The position numbers and the translations under genes are program-made. DNA of 63,455 bases, the filler included, from Dirinaria sp. TL-2023a (taxonomy: Eukaryota), in NCBI GenBank assembly GCA_051941275.1. It is 17 parts of 17 records of this genome, joined end to end, with 100 filler letters (N's around TTAATTAATTAA, not from the genome) between each part and the next. Parts side by side here need not be neighbours in the genome. Positions count along the whole stretch, not along the records: positions 11,304 to 14,961 come from JAVEBF010001994.1; positions 15,062 to 18,718 come from JAVEBF010001995.1; positions 18,819 to 22,466 come from JAVEBF010001996.1; positions 22,567 to 26,214 come from JAVEBF010001997.1; 13 more parts are not named here. One strand, given 5' to 3'. A model generated the notes under the pieces. That model saw only the letters and a program-made list of their open reading frames with translations. It was not told where the DNA came from and ran no database searches. Positions 11,573 through 22,568 of the stretch are shown in pieces; the stretch's first letter is position 1; each line of letters opens with the position of its first letter.

Positions 11573-13258
11573 TCAATGCACCCTGCGAACGGCCTTCCCA
11601 CCCTCCTTCTGCCGATGAAATGGATCTGCCGGGTTCACCCAACCCCGCACCGTCTTCGCGTTCCTCGTTTCCCCCTTCTGCGTGCTCGGGATCCACTCGT
11701 CCCTCGGCTCCAGCACCTTCATCCGCGTCAACGCCGCCGGAGGCCCCACGTCCACTTTCCAGCTGTGTTGGCCCGGGAAGGATAGATCCTTGGCCAGCAT
11801 GTTCAGGTACCAGAGCGCCATGCAGGCGGTCAAGCCTTCGGTAGCACCCGTGCGAACCGCAGGCGCCAGCTCCAAGAACCCGAAGTAAGGTGCCGCGTCC
11901 GACGGCTCGGTACCGGCACGCACACACACCAGCTCGATTTCGGTCAGGATGAAGCCGTAGCGGCAGGAGTGCTCGCGCATCAGGCGCTGCAGGTGGGCGA
12001 GACCGGCCAGGTAGAGGACTTTCTTCTGTCCAACCTCGTGTCTCATGCCGGTGTTCCAGCGATGGTACGATTTGACCAGGCCGACTACGCGCCCACGGCC
12101 GTTGCCGTAGAAGGTTTGCTCAATGTCACTTTGGTAGTTGGAGACGAAGTGTGGGCCGTCGGACGAGTAGGGCTGAGCGCGCATGGATATGCAGTTGCGG
12201 CCATCGGCGGTTAGGGAGGAGATTTTGAGAGCTGCGTTGACTTTACTGGCATAGTAGTCCCTGCAAACCTCAAACAGCTGCGACTCGGACGATGGCTCGA
12301 GACGCTGTTGGGAGATGTGTGGCTCTGCAAGTGCAGTCGTCGGAACAGGAACATCGAGCAGCCGGGGCAAAAGTGGAATTCGGTTGATGGTCTTGACTGA
12401 GAAGTCCTCCCAAGTGCGAAGATTGCGGATATCCCACCAGAAGTGCGATTGTTTCCCATTGCCGGAGTAGTATTTTAGTTCAGGACACAGGTGTACTGCC
12501 GGGTTCGGCTGGGTGAAGTAATCAGTCACGGTCATTCCAGGATCGTCATCGTTAGCGTATTGCAAGTAGGATGGAAGTGCAGGGGCAGCCGGCTGCGCCA
12601 CGGTGATTGGCGGTTGGATGAAGGTGGACTGTCCAGGGATATGGGAAGGGGCGTAGCTCGCGGTTCGATATACCGGGTAGTTCCGGTATGTGGGATAGCC
12701 ATAGCGGCGCAGAGCAGCGTCATCGATGACGGTTGAAGACGACGAGGACGATGTCCTCGAGTGACTACTTAGCCGAGAGGCAGAGACCGACCTGGCTTGG
12801 AGGGATGGTCGAGTGAGATGATTCGAATACACCGTCGGTGACTGACGGGTGTCAATGTTCCACTGGTCGACTGTCGAGGTCTTCGACACGGACGGAGAGA
12901 CCAAGCTTATGTACTCTGGAGGAGAGGTTGTGCTTCGTTGATATCCCGGTCTTGAGGCAGTCGATTGCGGCGGTGGGGGTTGGGCACAAGTTGAGTGAGC
13001 GCGTCGATGAGTCCTGACCACGGACGGGGCTTCGAGGGTCTGCTCTTGGTTGCGAATTTTGGGAAGAAGTGTAGGCCCGTAGTGTCGGACAGGAGAACGG
13101 GACGGTGTTGAGGCGCGAGTCTCGATGGATTGAGACGGAGATCCATGACGTGACCAGACGGAGGATCCGGAAGTATTACGACTATGATTACTGAGGGGGC
13201 TGGCGTTGGGCTCTGGGGGAGGGGTTGCAGGCGTATAGTAGTATGGTTCGAGAGGCAT
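11573..13258 (-). CDS. Conserved-looking fungal protein: Ser/Pro-rich N-half, C-terminal domain with a restriction-endonuclease-like motif pattern
   Basis: 561-aa ORF. The C-half has GPHFVSNY..GRVVGLVKSY..YLAGLAHLQRLMREHSCRYGFILTEIELVCVR. The fold assignment is inference. Confidence 0.75.
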   Translation of the reverse strand: MPLEPYYYTPATPPPEPNASPLSNHSRNTSGSSVWSRHGSPSQSIETRASTPSRSPVRHYGPTLLPKIRNQEQTLEAPSVVRTHRRAHSTCAQPPPPQSTASRPGYQRSTTSPPEYISLVSPSVSKTSTVDQWNIDTRQSPTVYSNHLTRPSLQARSVSASRLSSHSRTSSSSSSTVIDDAALRRYGYPTYRNYPVYRTASYAPSHIPGQSTFIQPPITVAQPAAPALPSYLQYANDDDPGMTVTDYFTQPNPAVHLCPELKYYSGNGKQSHFWWDIRNLRTWEDFSVKTINRIPLLPRLLDVPVPTTALAEPHISQQRLEPSSESQLFEVCRDYYASKVNAALKISSLTADGRNCISMRAQPYSSDGPHFVSNYQSDIEQTFYGNGRGRVVGLVKSYHRWNTGMRHEVGQKKVLYLAGLAHLQRLMREHSCRYGFILTEIELVCVRAGTEPSDAAPYFGFLELAPAVRTGATEGLTACMALWYLNMLAKDLSFPGQHSWKVDVGPPAALTRMKVLEPRDEWIPSTQKGETRNAKTVRGWVNPADPFHRQKEGGKAVRRVH

Positions 13259-14556
13259 GGCTTCCAGACTGGATTATATGTTAACGGTAGGCCGGGCATG
13301 AGTGCAGAGATACGTACGCGCTGTACCGGGAGGAGTATCGGCGAGCTTGCGCAATTATGCAGGAGACCGGCTCCGTGTGTATAGTCTACTCTAAAGACAA
13401 AAAGGAAAGAGGACAAAAGAGATTCGTTGGGAACGTCTCTAAGGCCGTTTCATCGAAGGCGTGTGACTTGGGAGAATGAGAGAGAGGAAGGAGAGATATC
13501 CAGAGGCGCGAGAGGGATACTTATCCTCCACGAACACTCCTTAGTGCATGTATGCAGATGAAACACGGTGGAGATGCCATTGCGATCCATGGCAAGAAAA
13601 TGACATGAAACAAGAGCCAACAGTATAGAGATGGCCGGGGCCAGAGGTTTGGGGAGAAACGATTCACTCCGTAGGCATAGGTGAAACATGGACTCGCAGC
13701 GGGGGGGAGTTAGGAGTTTGGATGTGTTGCGCGTCAGCGCGAAGGCAAGTCATATGCAACGACCCTCGATCAGGAAATGCCCAGGTCGAGAGTTAGGCTG
13801 CGTTTTCCCCAGATCGGAGCTCTCGTGGTGGCGCTCGAAGGGCATCGACAGCCCTAACCGTTCGAGATGCGGCTCAAAAGGCGGTTACACAGTATTTTTG
13901 GAGGCAGTTCATCTGCGGTGCCGCCGACCGGAGATGAGGCCCAAGCAGGTCTGAGGCGAAATCTCTGCCAGCGTCAGTGTCAGGGTAAATTTGGGGCAAA
14001 TGGCCCATGGGTGGGGAGGGTAGGCGCTTGGTAGCAGAGCAAGTGCAGAGAGTCTCCGAGGTCAGAAGATGGAGGTTGGGCGCGTAATCTTCGCGAAAAG
14101 AACAGGGCGACTTGATTGGTCACCGAACCACGAAGCCTAAAAGGGGAAAGGCGCTACATCGGATACGGTAAAGTACGAGTCCATACCTAAACACGTCGAA
14201 CATGCAACACGTTCACACGTCGGTACGGAGTACTTTCCCTTCACGCATCACCATCGTAAGAGTCATACTCAATTGACTACTACGATTGGCTGCTGCTTGC
14301 TTCCTCTAGATAATCTGCCGCAGTAGTGAGTGACTCTTGGGCCTGACCTGGACCTTCTACCTTACAATACCTTACCTTACCTCTCACCCTACGACTAGCC
14401 CGAAGGAGTCTCGGATCCATTAGATAATATTAATGAGATCAATAAGTCTAGAAGTATCTAAGTACATGTAGTTTTAGCTAACAAGAGGATATCGCAGCGG
14501 TAAGTCATCTCAATTCAGTATCATAAGTCATAGATTCATAGAGCTTTCGTGCACAT

Positions 14557-14961
14557 TTACTTTCTCTCATCCACTCGCGTGGAAACATTCCGATCCCACC
14601 ATTCTCTCCAGTCCACAACCTTCCTCTCCCGTCTTGCTTCCTCTGCAGCAAACACCATGGCGTGGCTGCGTATCACCTCTTCCAAAGTGCACCCAACGTG
14701 CTCCTCCTGCGCCGCTGCAACGTTGGCCCCCGTCATGGCCGCCTCAACAGCCTTCACGTACTGTCTCGTGAGACCATCGTCGCCGCCTCCGTGTCCGCCT
14801 CCCGCTTGATGTGGATGATAAGCCTCAGTTTTCCTCGTCCCAAAGTCGTAGACTCGGATTTCCTTGTCGTTGTAGGAGATCTCGCCTCTGCTGCCATACA
14901 CCCGCCCTCTCCGCTGACATTGTGCTTCGGTAAAGGCTACCATATGGAACGTTGCTGTCTT
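14557..14961 (-). CDS. Gfo/Idh/MocA-family oxidoreductase, C-terminal part (5'-partial)
   Basis: KTATFHMVAFTE..RRGRVYGSRGEISY..GGGHGGGDDGL..CTLEEVIRSHAMVFAAEEAR. The frame is open to the contig end. Confidence 0.85.
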   Translation of the reverse strand, partial: KTATFHMVAFTEAQCQRRGRVYGSRGEISYNDKEIRVYDFGTRKTEAYHPHQAGGGHGGGDDGLTRQYVKAVEAAMTGANVAAAQEEHVGCTLEEVIRSHAMVFAAEEARRERKVVDWREWWDRNVSTRVDERK

Positions 14962-15061
14962 NNNNNNNNNNNNNNNNNNNNNNNNNNNNNNNNNNNNNNN
15001 NNNNNTTAATTAATTAANNNNNNNNNNNNNNNNNNNNNNNNNNNNNNNNNNNNNNNNNNNN

Positions 15062-15439
15062 GTGTGGGACGTGCAGACGGGTCAATGTCAGCACACTCTA
15101 GAAGGTCATTCAGTCATGATCAGCAGAGTAGTGTTCTCGTCTGACGAGTCACGAGTGACATCGAACTTCGATGACAACACGGTGCGAGTGTGAGACGTGC
15201 AGACGAATCAATGTCAGCACACTCTGAAAGATCATTTAGACAGAATCAGCAGGGTAGTGTTCTCGTCTGACGGGTCACGAGTGGCATCGGGCTTCGATGA
15301 CAAGACGGTGCGAGTGTGGGACGTGCAGACGGGTCAATGTCAGCACACTCTGAAAGGTCATTTAGACAGGATCAGCAGGGTAGTGTTCTCGCCTGACGGG
15401 TCACGAGTGGCATCGGGCTCCGATGACAGGACGGTACGA
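15062..15439 (+). repeat. Three 126-bp tandem WD40-coding repeats
   Basis: Units start at 15062, 15188 and 15314, with a partial fourth at 15440. Confidence 0.95.
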
Positions 15440-15784
15440 GTGTGGGATGTTATCAGCTCGAAAGAATTATCATGTTTCGACACTGACACACCTCATCCGA
15501 CTATCGCATTCAGCGATGACAGCTCAAAGATTCTAGTAAACAGAGAGTTGTTAACTATATCAACACAGACGTCACTATCCAGCGCTACAGCGAGATTATC
15601 TGGGTCTTCTTCAAATTTGCCTGCTAGCAGACCTGGATTCAGGGATGAGTGGGTCACTTCGTCTTCTCAAAGGATCTTGTGGCTTCCTCCCGAACTCCGA
15701 CCCGGAGTCTGGGCAAGCAACAGCGACACGATTGTCGTAGGTAGTTCTACTGGTCGAGTCACTTTTGTGCGTCACATCATATGA
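15062..15784 (+). pseudogene. C-terminal WD40 array of a HET-E/NWD-type NLR, with an in-frame stop
   Basis: Near-identical WD40 units (VWDVQTGQCQHTLxGH..VVFSPDGSRVASGSDDxTVR) and the typical NWD tail (ILWLPPELRP..IVVGSSTGRV). TGG>TGA at 15191-15193. Confidence 0.85.
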
Positions 15785-18194
15785 CGCTGCGTCATGCTTC
15801 TCGTTCTTATAAACATCCTCTGCCACCTCTAGAGCGTGGACGCGAATATTTGTCTACGACAGAACTCTGGCCCTTTCTGTAATGCTGATTACTTTCCTGA
15901 ATATTTAACTTAGTATCTTCGTCTTTTTTTGAACATGCCGTGTCTACGTCGACAGTGTGACCCTGCTATTCTTGAATTCGAAACAGTCTTTATGAGATCT
16001 TATGACCTCTTTTCGCCAGGGAATCGAACAGTAATATGATAAAAGGGATCGAGAAGGTAGCTTCAATATCACTAGGGCGCGAGAAAATACAATCGTTCTG
16101 ATAGAGAGCATATCGATTTTCGCACACGCGCAATGTGAAAGTTTGAGACTGTCATTCAACCGCATTGTCTCTCTTTGAAAATTTGTCATGAAGTTCGCAC
16201 CGCCAGCCAGCAGATCTTTAAAGGTCTTCTCGCTATTAGTGGATTAATACGTATTTGGACGATCGTAGCCGACAGATCCCAAACGAAATTATAGCTACCA
16301 ATTGTTGGAGTAGTTGACGACTGGATTCCTGAGTATTATGAAGGTGTGGTCAGCTGCAATACGTACGAGTCTTCGCATGGGGCTGAGAGTGTTGTTTCGC
16401 TGATATCAGCAATCTTTCACCGTTCTAATTACGCCTATTATTGTACTTTACAACCCATCGCTCCGGCTGCTATGAATGAGTCGCTAAATTTGCTAGCATT
16501 AGGTGAGCGACTTTGCATTATCCCTATCCTAAGCTCTGATCGGTTTACAAATGTTGGGGATATCCGAGACGTGCCCACACTTTTTACACTGGATGAAATC
16601 ATGAGACCGGTGGAAAACGATTAGGGTCTCACAAGCTTACGCTGACCGTGCGAGTACTTTAAGTTGATCGGTGGGTCAAGCACAGACAGATATATTGCAT
16701 CTTTATTTATGGGGGGCATGACTTACTATTGATCAACTATAGTCTTGTTGCCTCAACGCCGGGAGAGATAGCGACGAAATGTGCTTTACCAACGCTCAAC
16801 AAGCTTGCAAGTTCGGTCTTTGCGAGGCTAATCGAAACTTCTCTTTCGAGGATGAAGCCTTCAAGGCAGCAACATTCGAGACGGAGGTCTAGAACTCGAT
16901 GACCGCGAATGAGCTAGAAGAGTCGATGTTATCTCGCAGTGACGTTCTACCTTATCGTCTACCTGAACGCGGTAGTGCTCATCGACTGAATTCTAACACT
17001 GTAGCTTCTTATCCCTGTGCCAAAATAGCGCGACCCCGGCGCATCGTTGGAGGATAGCATGGACGAAGCAGCCTGGTTCCGCTCGACAAGGACGAACCCA
17101 AATCGTAACCCACTGATTTTCCTGATGAGCGGAGATAAGCTTGTCGGATCAAGAGAGGGTAGCCTCTCAAAAAGTAGATTGGCTCCGAGCAATGAGGACA
17201 TATTATGAGTTATAATCTAGCATGGAGGTGCTTTGGCAACACTATAGATGCTACTACAGAGATATATTCTTGAGATTAAGATGCTCCATCACTCCAGTAT
17301 AATGACTACCGGTTGTACGAACGAGATCGATGGGTTCTGCAGTGACGTGTAGATGCATCAGCAGCTTCTTGTTGTCTCAGCAGCATAGGATGATGAGTGT
17401 ATACAGCATCGCCAGCGTTAACCCAGTGATCAGATGTTATGGATAGAATTAGAGTGATACTCTACCTACACTGTATTATAGCTACGCTTCATAATCTAGC
17501 TGGCCCGACCAATCAACAACCCAATCGGTCTTTGATCGAATCCGCTCAGCTCCGCCTCAGCTCCTCGCTCGAGCTTATACACTACCGGTCAATGACTAGA
17601 CGGTTGGCATCCTGGTGCCCGCCCTACACTCCTTTACCCTTCTACTCCGCCTCCTTCTCTGCCTCCTTCTCTGCCTGACGAGACGCTGCTCGGCGAGCCT
17701 GTCGACTTGATTCAGCCAATGACGTAGCTTTCGCTTAGTCGATATAGTTAGGCGAGCGGGAGAAGACCACAAGCACGGCCGCAATCTCGTGATTATACTG
17801 ATGGCCTTGATCCGCAAAATGCTGCTTGCTCAGAGTAACGTAATCACGGATGAACCACTGAATCTGGTCGCTGGTGAAAGGCCCAATCAAAGTCAGCGGT
17901 CGACGATGCGCGATCCAGTCTTGCGCTTGAGCCCGCTTGCCAATGATATTGCTTGCTGGACGTTGTGCTAGCATGTCGCTCTCGATCTGCAGACCGCTAG
18001 CTTGGGCCAAGGTGCGAGTTATACTCGCGGCATTTCTCCCAAACGTCGTCGTCGAACAACCGACAGTAGACCTTCTTTGCCGGTCAAGCATCCATAACTT
18101 GGCCATTTGGTCTTCCGACCCATTCACACGCAACATGCCGTCGTGATGGCGATATACCTATCACAAGGCGGCAGCCCTCGAATCCCAACGCCAT

Positions 18195-18698
18195 TCAATT
18201 TCGTAATGTGTTAATAATTTGGTCTTGGCGCATGTTGAGAATCACTTGCTGTGCGGTGATCAGGTTGGGCAAGGCTCGATTCTCGAAAGTTGCCTTGATG
18301 GCCTCAAACTCCATGTACGAGCGGACCGAGGTGAGCGCCTGGTGGCTTTCGAAGAGCAGAGTGATAGCGCCTGTGTTGGCCATCTCATGTTGAATCTTGC
18401 GAGTTGCCTAATACAGCATGTCAAGGATCAGGTCGAGGAGCGCCATATTATAATCGCTGCGTCGAACGGTCACCCACATACTCTTAACTTCGTGTTCCTC
18501 GGGCGGTGCCGTTGCACGGTCCCTCTCCAGGAGTGATTGAAGTTCCCTTCAGCTGTTGAGCTCTTTGTCATTTGCCCCCATGACACCACTTTTTTCTAGT
18601 ATGTCTTCGAATTCATTATCATAAGCTGTGACAGACTTGTAGTTCGAGGAGAGAAGGCTTGCGTTCGCTTTTCGCTTGCGGTCGGAATAATCCGACAT
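18195..18698 (-). pseudogene. Decayed ORF with multiple in-frame stops
   Basis: From ATG 18698: MSDYSDRKRKANASLLSSNYKSVTAYDNEFEDILEKSGV..NS*RELQSLLERDR. The same frame continues through stops at 18549, 18408 and 18195. The AYDxxFExxL..W.EL..L...R pattern resembles a repetitive fungal hypothetical family. Confidence 0.45.
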
Positions 18699-18818
18699 TG
18701 ACAGTGCTCCATATTGACNNNNNNNNNNNNNNNNNNNNNNNNNNNNNNNNNNNNNNNNNNNNTTAATTAATTAANNNNNNNNNNNNNNNNNNNNNNNNNN
18801 NNNNNNNNNNNNNNNNNN

Positions 18819-18856
18819 GATGCCAAGGTTTCGCAACACACATGCACACCCCAAAT
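18819..18856 (+). repeat. Third copy of the 38-bp terminal repeat, at the contig start
   Basis: GATGCCAAGGTTTCGCAACACACATGCACACCCCAAAT is 37/38 identical to 21807-21844. Confidence 0.9.
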
Positions 18857-19101
18857 GTGGGGATGGAGGGGTTCTACTCCGCCACCAGACTGCACGCTTT
18901 GGAATTGTACAACATGGTAGAAGACTTTTGACGAATTTTGACATCGTCACGCATTGTGAGAAAGGTGAAGTATATTGATACATCAAGGTACAGGATAGGC
19001 GCTGGTCTTTTTAATTGGCCCCAACGGATTCATCATCTCCCAAATTCCCTAACAGGAACGTTTAGACTTGTCTCTTTTGCATCTTCACTCCAACAAAAGG
19101 C

Positions 19102-20544
19102 ATGGCGAGCCTGCCGTCCAGGGACTCTACTGCCTCATTTTGGCACAGTGAGCCATCTGAATTTCTTCTAGGTCATCGCACCACTCAGAGACTGCCGGCG
19201 CGTGCGAATATCGTCATAGTGGGCTCAGGTATCACTGGTGCTTCTGCAGCGAGGTTTCTTGCTGAAGACCAGAGAGCAAGCGATTTGACTGTTGTAATGT
19301 TGGAAGCGCGAGAAGCTTGTTGGGGTGCTACTGGCAGGAACGGAGGTCATTGCCAGCCTCTTCTTTTCGATTCCACTCCAGATGTTGCGGCGTTTGAGGT
19401 ACAAAATTGCAACACTGTAAGATCATTCGTTGAAGAACACAAGATTCAATGCGAATGGCGTAGCCTGTCAGGCTGCCGAAGTTTTTGGACAAAGCCATTG
19501 GCGGCTGCAGCTACACAAGAGGTCGAGCATTTGAAGCGCGCAGCGCCAGACTTAGGCAAAAATGTTACCTTGTTAGATAAAGAGGAAGATATTCGACGAT
19601 ATCGGGTTAATGGAGCGCCTGCGGCCACTATCACCGCCTCCGCGGGTTCCTTATGGCCTTATAAGCTCATTACATTCATCCTCGAAAAGCTCGTTAGAGA
19701 AGGCAAACTAAATTTGCAAACAAACACCCCGGTCACGAGTATAGAGACATGTGAGCAGGATGAGGCAACGTATATCCTGCGTACTCCTCGTGGAGAGATT
19801 AGAGCGCAACATATTATCATGGCAACGAACGCGTACACGTCCCACCTGCTTCCCGAGTTCGCCGACCTCATTGTTCCAGAGAGGGGTACAATGACAGCCC
19901 TGATTCCACCAAAGAACATGAAGCCGTTCGAAACCTCCTACGGCTTTGTCGGCGCAAACGGTGCCAGCGCTACCCACGATGACTATCTGAACCAACGACC
20001 CTCATCAGGAGTCCCCAATCCAGCCGGTCACCTGATGTTTGGAGGTGGTCGAGTGGCCGCCACTCTACCAGCTATGGGCGAGACAGATGACTCTGTCTTC
20101 GACGAGGACTCAGCCGTCTATCTGCGCAAAGCTCTCCTTACCCTTCTTGACCTTGGTGGCGATGTTCAAGATCTCGAAGAGCTGAGAGCAACCCATAAAT
20201 GGTCTGGAATTTGGGGCGTCTCAAGGGATCGTCACCCTTGGGTTGGCGCCGTTCCCGGGCGCCCAAGAGTTTGGCTTGCTGGTGGGTACTCTGGGCACGG
20301 CATGCCTAACGCCACGCTGTGTGGCAAGGCAGTGGTGGAGATGCTGCTTGCCGACGAAAGCGGTGCACCTGCTGATTACGTGGCCGAGAGGCTGATCAGG
20401 ACTGGTAATTTGCCTCAGGCCTATGTGATCACCGAGGAACGGATCGACAGAGCTTCAAAATTGGCGTCAGTACAGGAGCAGGATCAAAAGATGTGGGCGA
20501 GCAGCCGAGACCCGAAAAATCCGGAGGCCTTGAGGCTCCTTTGA
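19102..20544 (+). CDS. FAD-dependent oxidoreductase (DAO/PuuB-like)
   Basis: IVIVGSGITG Rossmann motif, LEAREACWGATGRNGGH, HIIMATNAYT, WSGIWG, AGGYSGHGM. Confidence 0.92.
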   Translation: MASLPSRDSTASFWHSEPSEFLLGHRTTQRLPARANIVIVGSGITGASAARFLAEDQRASDLTVVMLEAREACWGATGRNGGHCQPLLFDSTPDVAAFEVQNCNTVRSFVEEHKIQCEWRSLSGCRSFWTKPLAAAATQEVEHLKRAAPDLGKNVTLLDKEEDIRRYRVNGAPAATITASAGSLWPYKLITFILEKLVREGKLNLQTNTPVTSIETCEQDEATYILRTPRGEIRAQHIIMATNAYTSHLLPEFADLIVPERGTMTALIPPKNMKPFETSYGFVGANGASATHDDYLNQRPSSGVPNPAGHLMFGGGRVAATLPAMGETDDSVFDEDSAVYLRKALLTLLDLGGDVQDLEELRATHKWSGIWGVSRDRHPWVGAVPGRPRVWLAGGYSGHGMPNATLCGKAVVEMLLADESGAPADYVAERLIRTGNLPQAYVITEERIDRASKLASVQEQDQKMWASSRDPKNPEALRLL

Positions 20545-21399
20545 TACCTGGACACATGATTGCGTGGCGAGGAAACGAGTGTGGACCGAAGTATGACTCT
20601 GAATGGCATCAATAGAGGAAGTGCTTTGTTGAGTCTGGCGTTCAGTTGTATTACCCAGGCGCTTCTCCCTGTAGGCAAATTTCGTGAACTGTAAAAGATC
20701 ATTCCAAATCATCACACTTTTCGCTTGTCTTCCCAAAACATCTCTCCTCACCCATGCCCTATAAGCGAAATATTCTAGTCGTAGCCATTGATGCCTCGAA
20801 AACCGAAGTATATCACGCATCGTTCATACGAGGTTCGATTCATTGACCAGACCTCAGACTTGACGAATAAAACGGCACGGAAGCATGAGAGATATACAAC
20901 ATCGAGGGACATTGCAATGCTGATGCTTGGCGTACTACGAGTTACGCGATATATTGGGTACGAGGGGACGAGATCATCATCCCCCTCAGTTCGGGAATGT
21001 GTCGAAATGGGCATGAGACGAGGAGGAGTTTCATCCCAAAGTATTTTTGCGTCATAAGGTATTACTCGACTTGATGATTATCAGCCTTTCCAGCCCTCGC
21101 CAGCTTTGTTGCGTCTTTTCAGCTAGTACTCCGTACGTATGTCGCCTTGGCATACGGAGGACCACATCGTAAGTCCTGGCTAGTGCCATGTACGCCAAGA
21201 CTGTGTTGCCTACCTAGGTGCCTACAGTTGCCTTTTGGTGAGCGTGACTGCCTCCCAGGTAGCAAGTTGGCCTGTCGGGGCGATCATCTCGGGTGGTCTC
21301 TCGGGCGACTTCCAGCTGACGTTGACAACACTAGCCAGGATTTGTGATGTGGTCCTCCGTATTCCAGGGTACCTCAGTCCGCAAGCGCTTTGCTTCTGC

Positions 21400-21844
21400 A
21401 TTTGGCGTGTGCATGTGTGTTGCGAAACCTTGGCATCTCGAAATTCTATCCTTCCCTACATTCGCAGTCTACAAGACAACTTTTTTTGGAAAAATATCAC
21501 TGTCGTCACATCCCTCTCGTTCAGTGGCAACAATTCTTTTCATCTATCAAGTAAATTCTCTTCGATCTTGCTGTCTCAGGATTCAGATTTTAGCACAATA
21601 ACGTTTTCACGAAGTGTCGATGGAACGATTCTCCATGAAAGTGCCACTGTCAAATCGACAAATCGTTAAGTGTTAAAAGACGCTAGAAAAAGGATGATTT
21701 TTACAGTCTTAATTCTGAAGCATTCACTTGAGAAAAAAGACATTGATAGACGACAGTAAGTACCTGAATGACTAATGCGACATGTAGAGGAGAGAAAGAA
21801 ATTTTGGATGCCAAGGTTTCGCAACACACATGCACACGCCAAAT
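21400..21844. mobile_element. MITE-like 445-bp element with perfect 38-bp terminal inverted repeats
   Basis: 21400-21437 (ATTTGGCGTGTGCATGTGTGTTGCGAAACCTTGGCATC) is the exact reverse complement of 21807-21844. Imperfect symmetry continues about 30 nt inward, and the interior is AT-rich. No TSD is evident. Confidence 0.7.
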
Positions 21845-22568
21845 TAAGTAGCTTCCACTTTCCAAGGTATCTTCCTCAAAATACTTGAGGTGGTACACCT
21901 CTCAACACTTTATCTACGCATTCGCTTTCGGCGTTGATCTATCGTAAAGCACTGGCCTGTTCTTGGCAGAGCCTTGCCCTCCTTTCTGACAATCTCGAAA
22001 CGCTGGGCCTCGAGAAGAGTGCCCGAAAAGGTGCATTGCATGAGGATGATGTAACGGTGCTCCGATCCCTGCAAATCGGTGTATACAAGCACTAAAGCCC
22101 AGCCTCGTCTCGATGGATGTCGTGGTAATCATCCATCTGTTTCTACGGATGCTAGAGATTACACTCTTGTCTTGGAGCATTACCTTCGAAGCACTACCAC
22201 TGCACAACATCTGCTTGTCGTCCTAAGTGACGGCCCATTAGGACTACTGTCATATTTATTGTCAGGCTCCAATTTGATCCGTGTAAAAAATGCCAGAGGA
22301 TCCGGAAAGCCATGAGCTATCCGATCGCCCTGGTGCAGATTGTTGGAGTGAAGTCAAGAAAGAGACAGGGTTTGCGACTTACAAGGAGTTTCTTGACGAG
22401 TATATTACTGGCTTGCAGGGCAAAGGAGACACTGAAAGCTTAGAAGAGTTTCGAGCCATGCTAGATNNNNNNNNNNNNNNNNNNNNNNNNNNNNNNNNNN
22501 NNNNNNNNNNTTAATTAATTAANNNNNNNNNNNNNNNNNNNNNNNNNNNNNNNNNNNNNNNNNNNNCC

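Noticed and set aside
22290..22466. Possible gene start MPEDPESHELSDRPG..
   Set aside because: Only 59 codons before the linker and no recognisable motif, so it cannot be supported.
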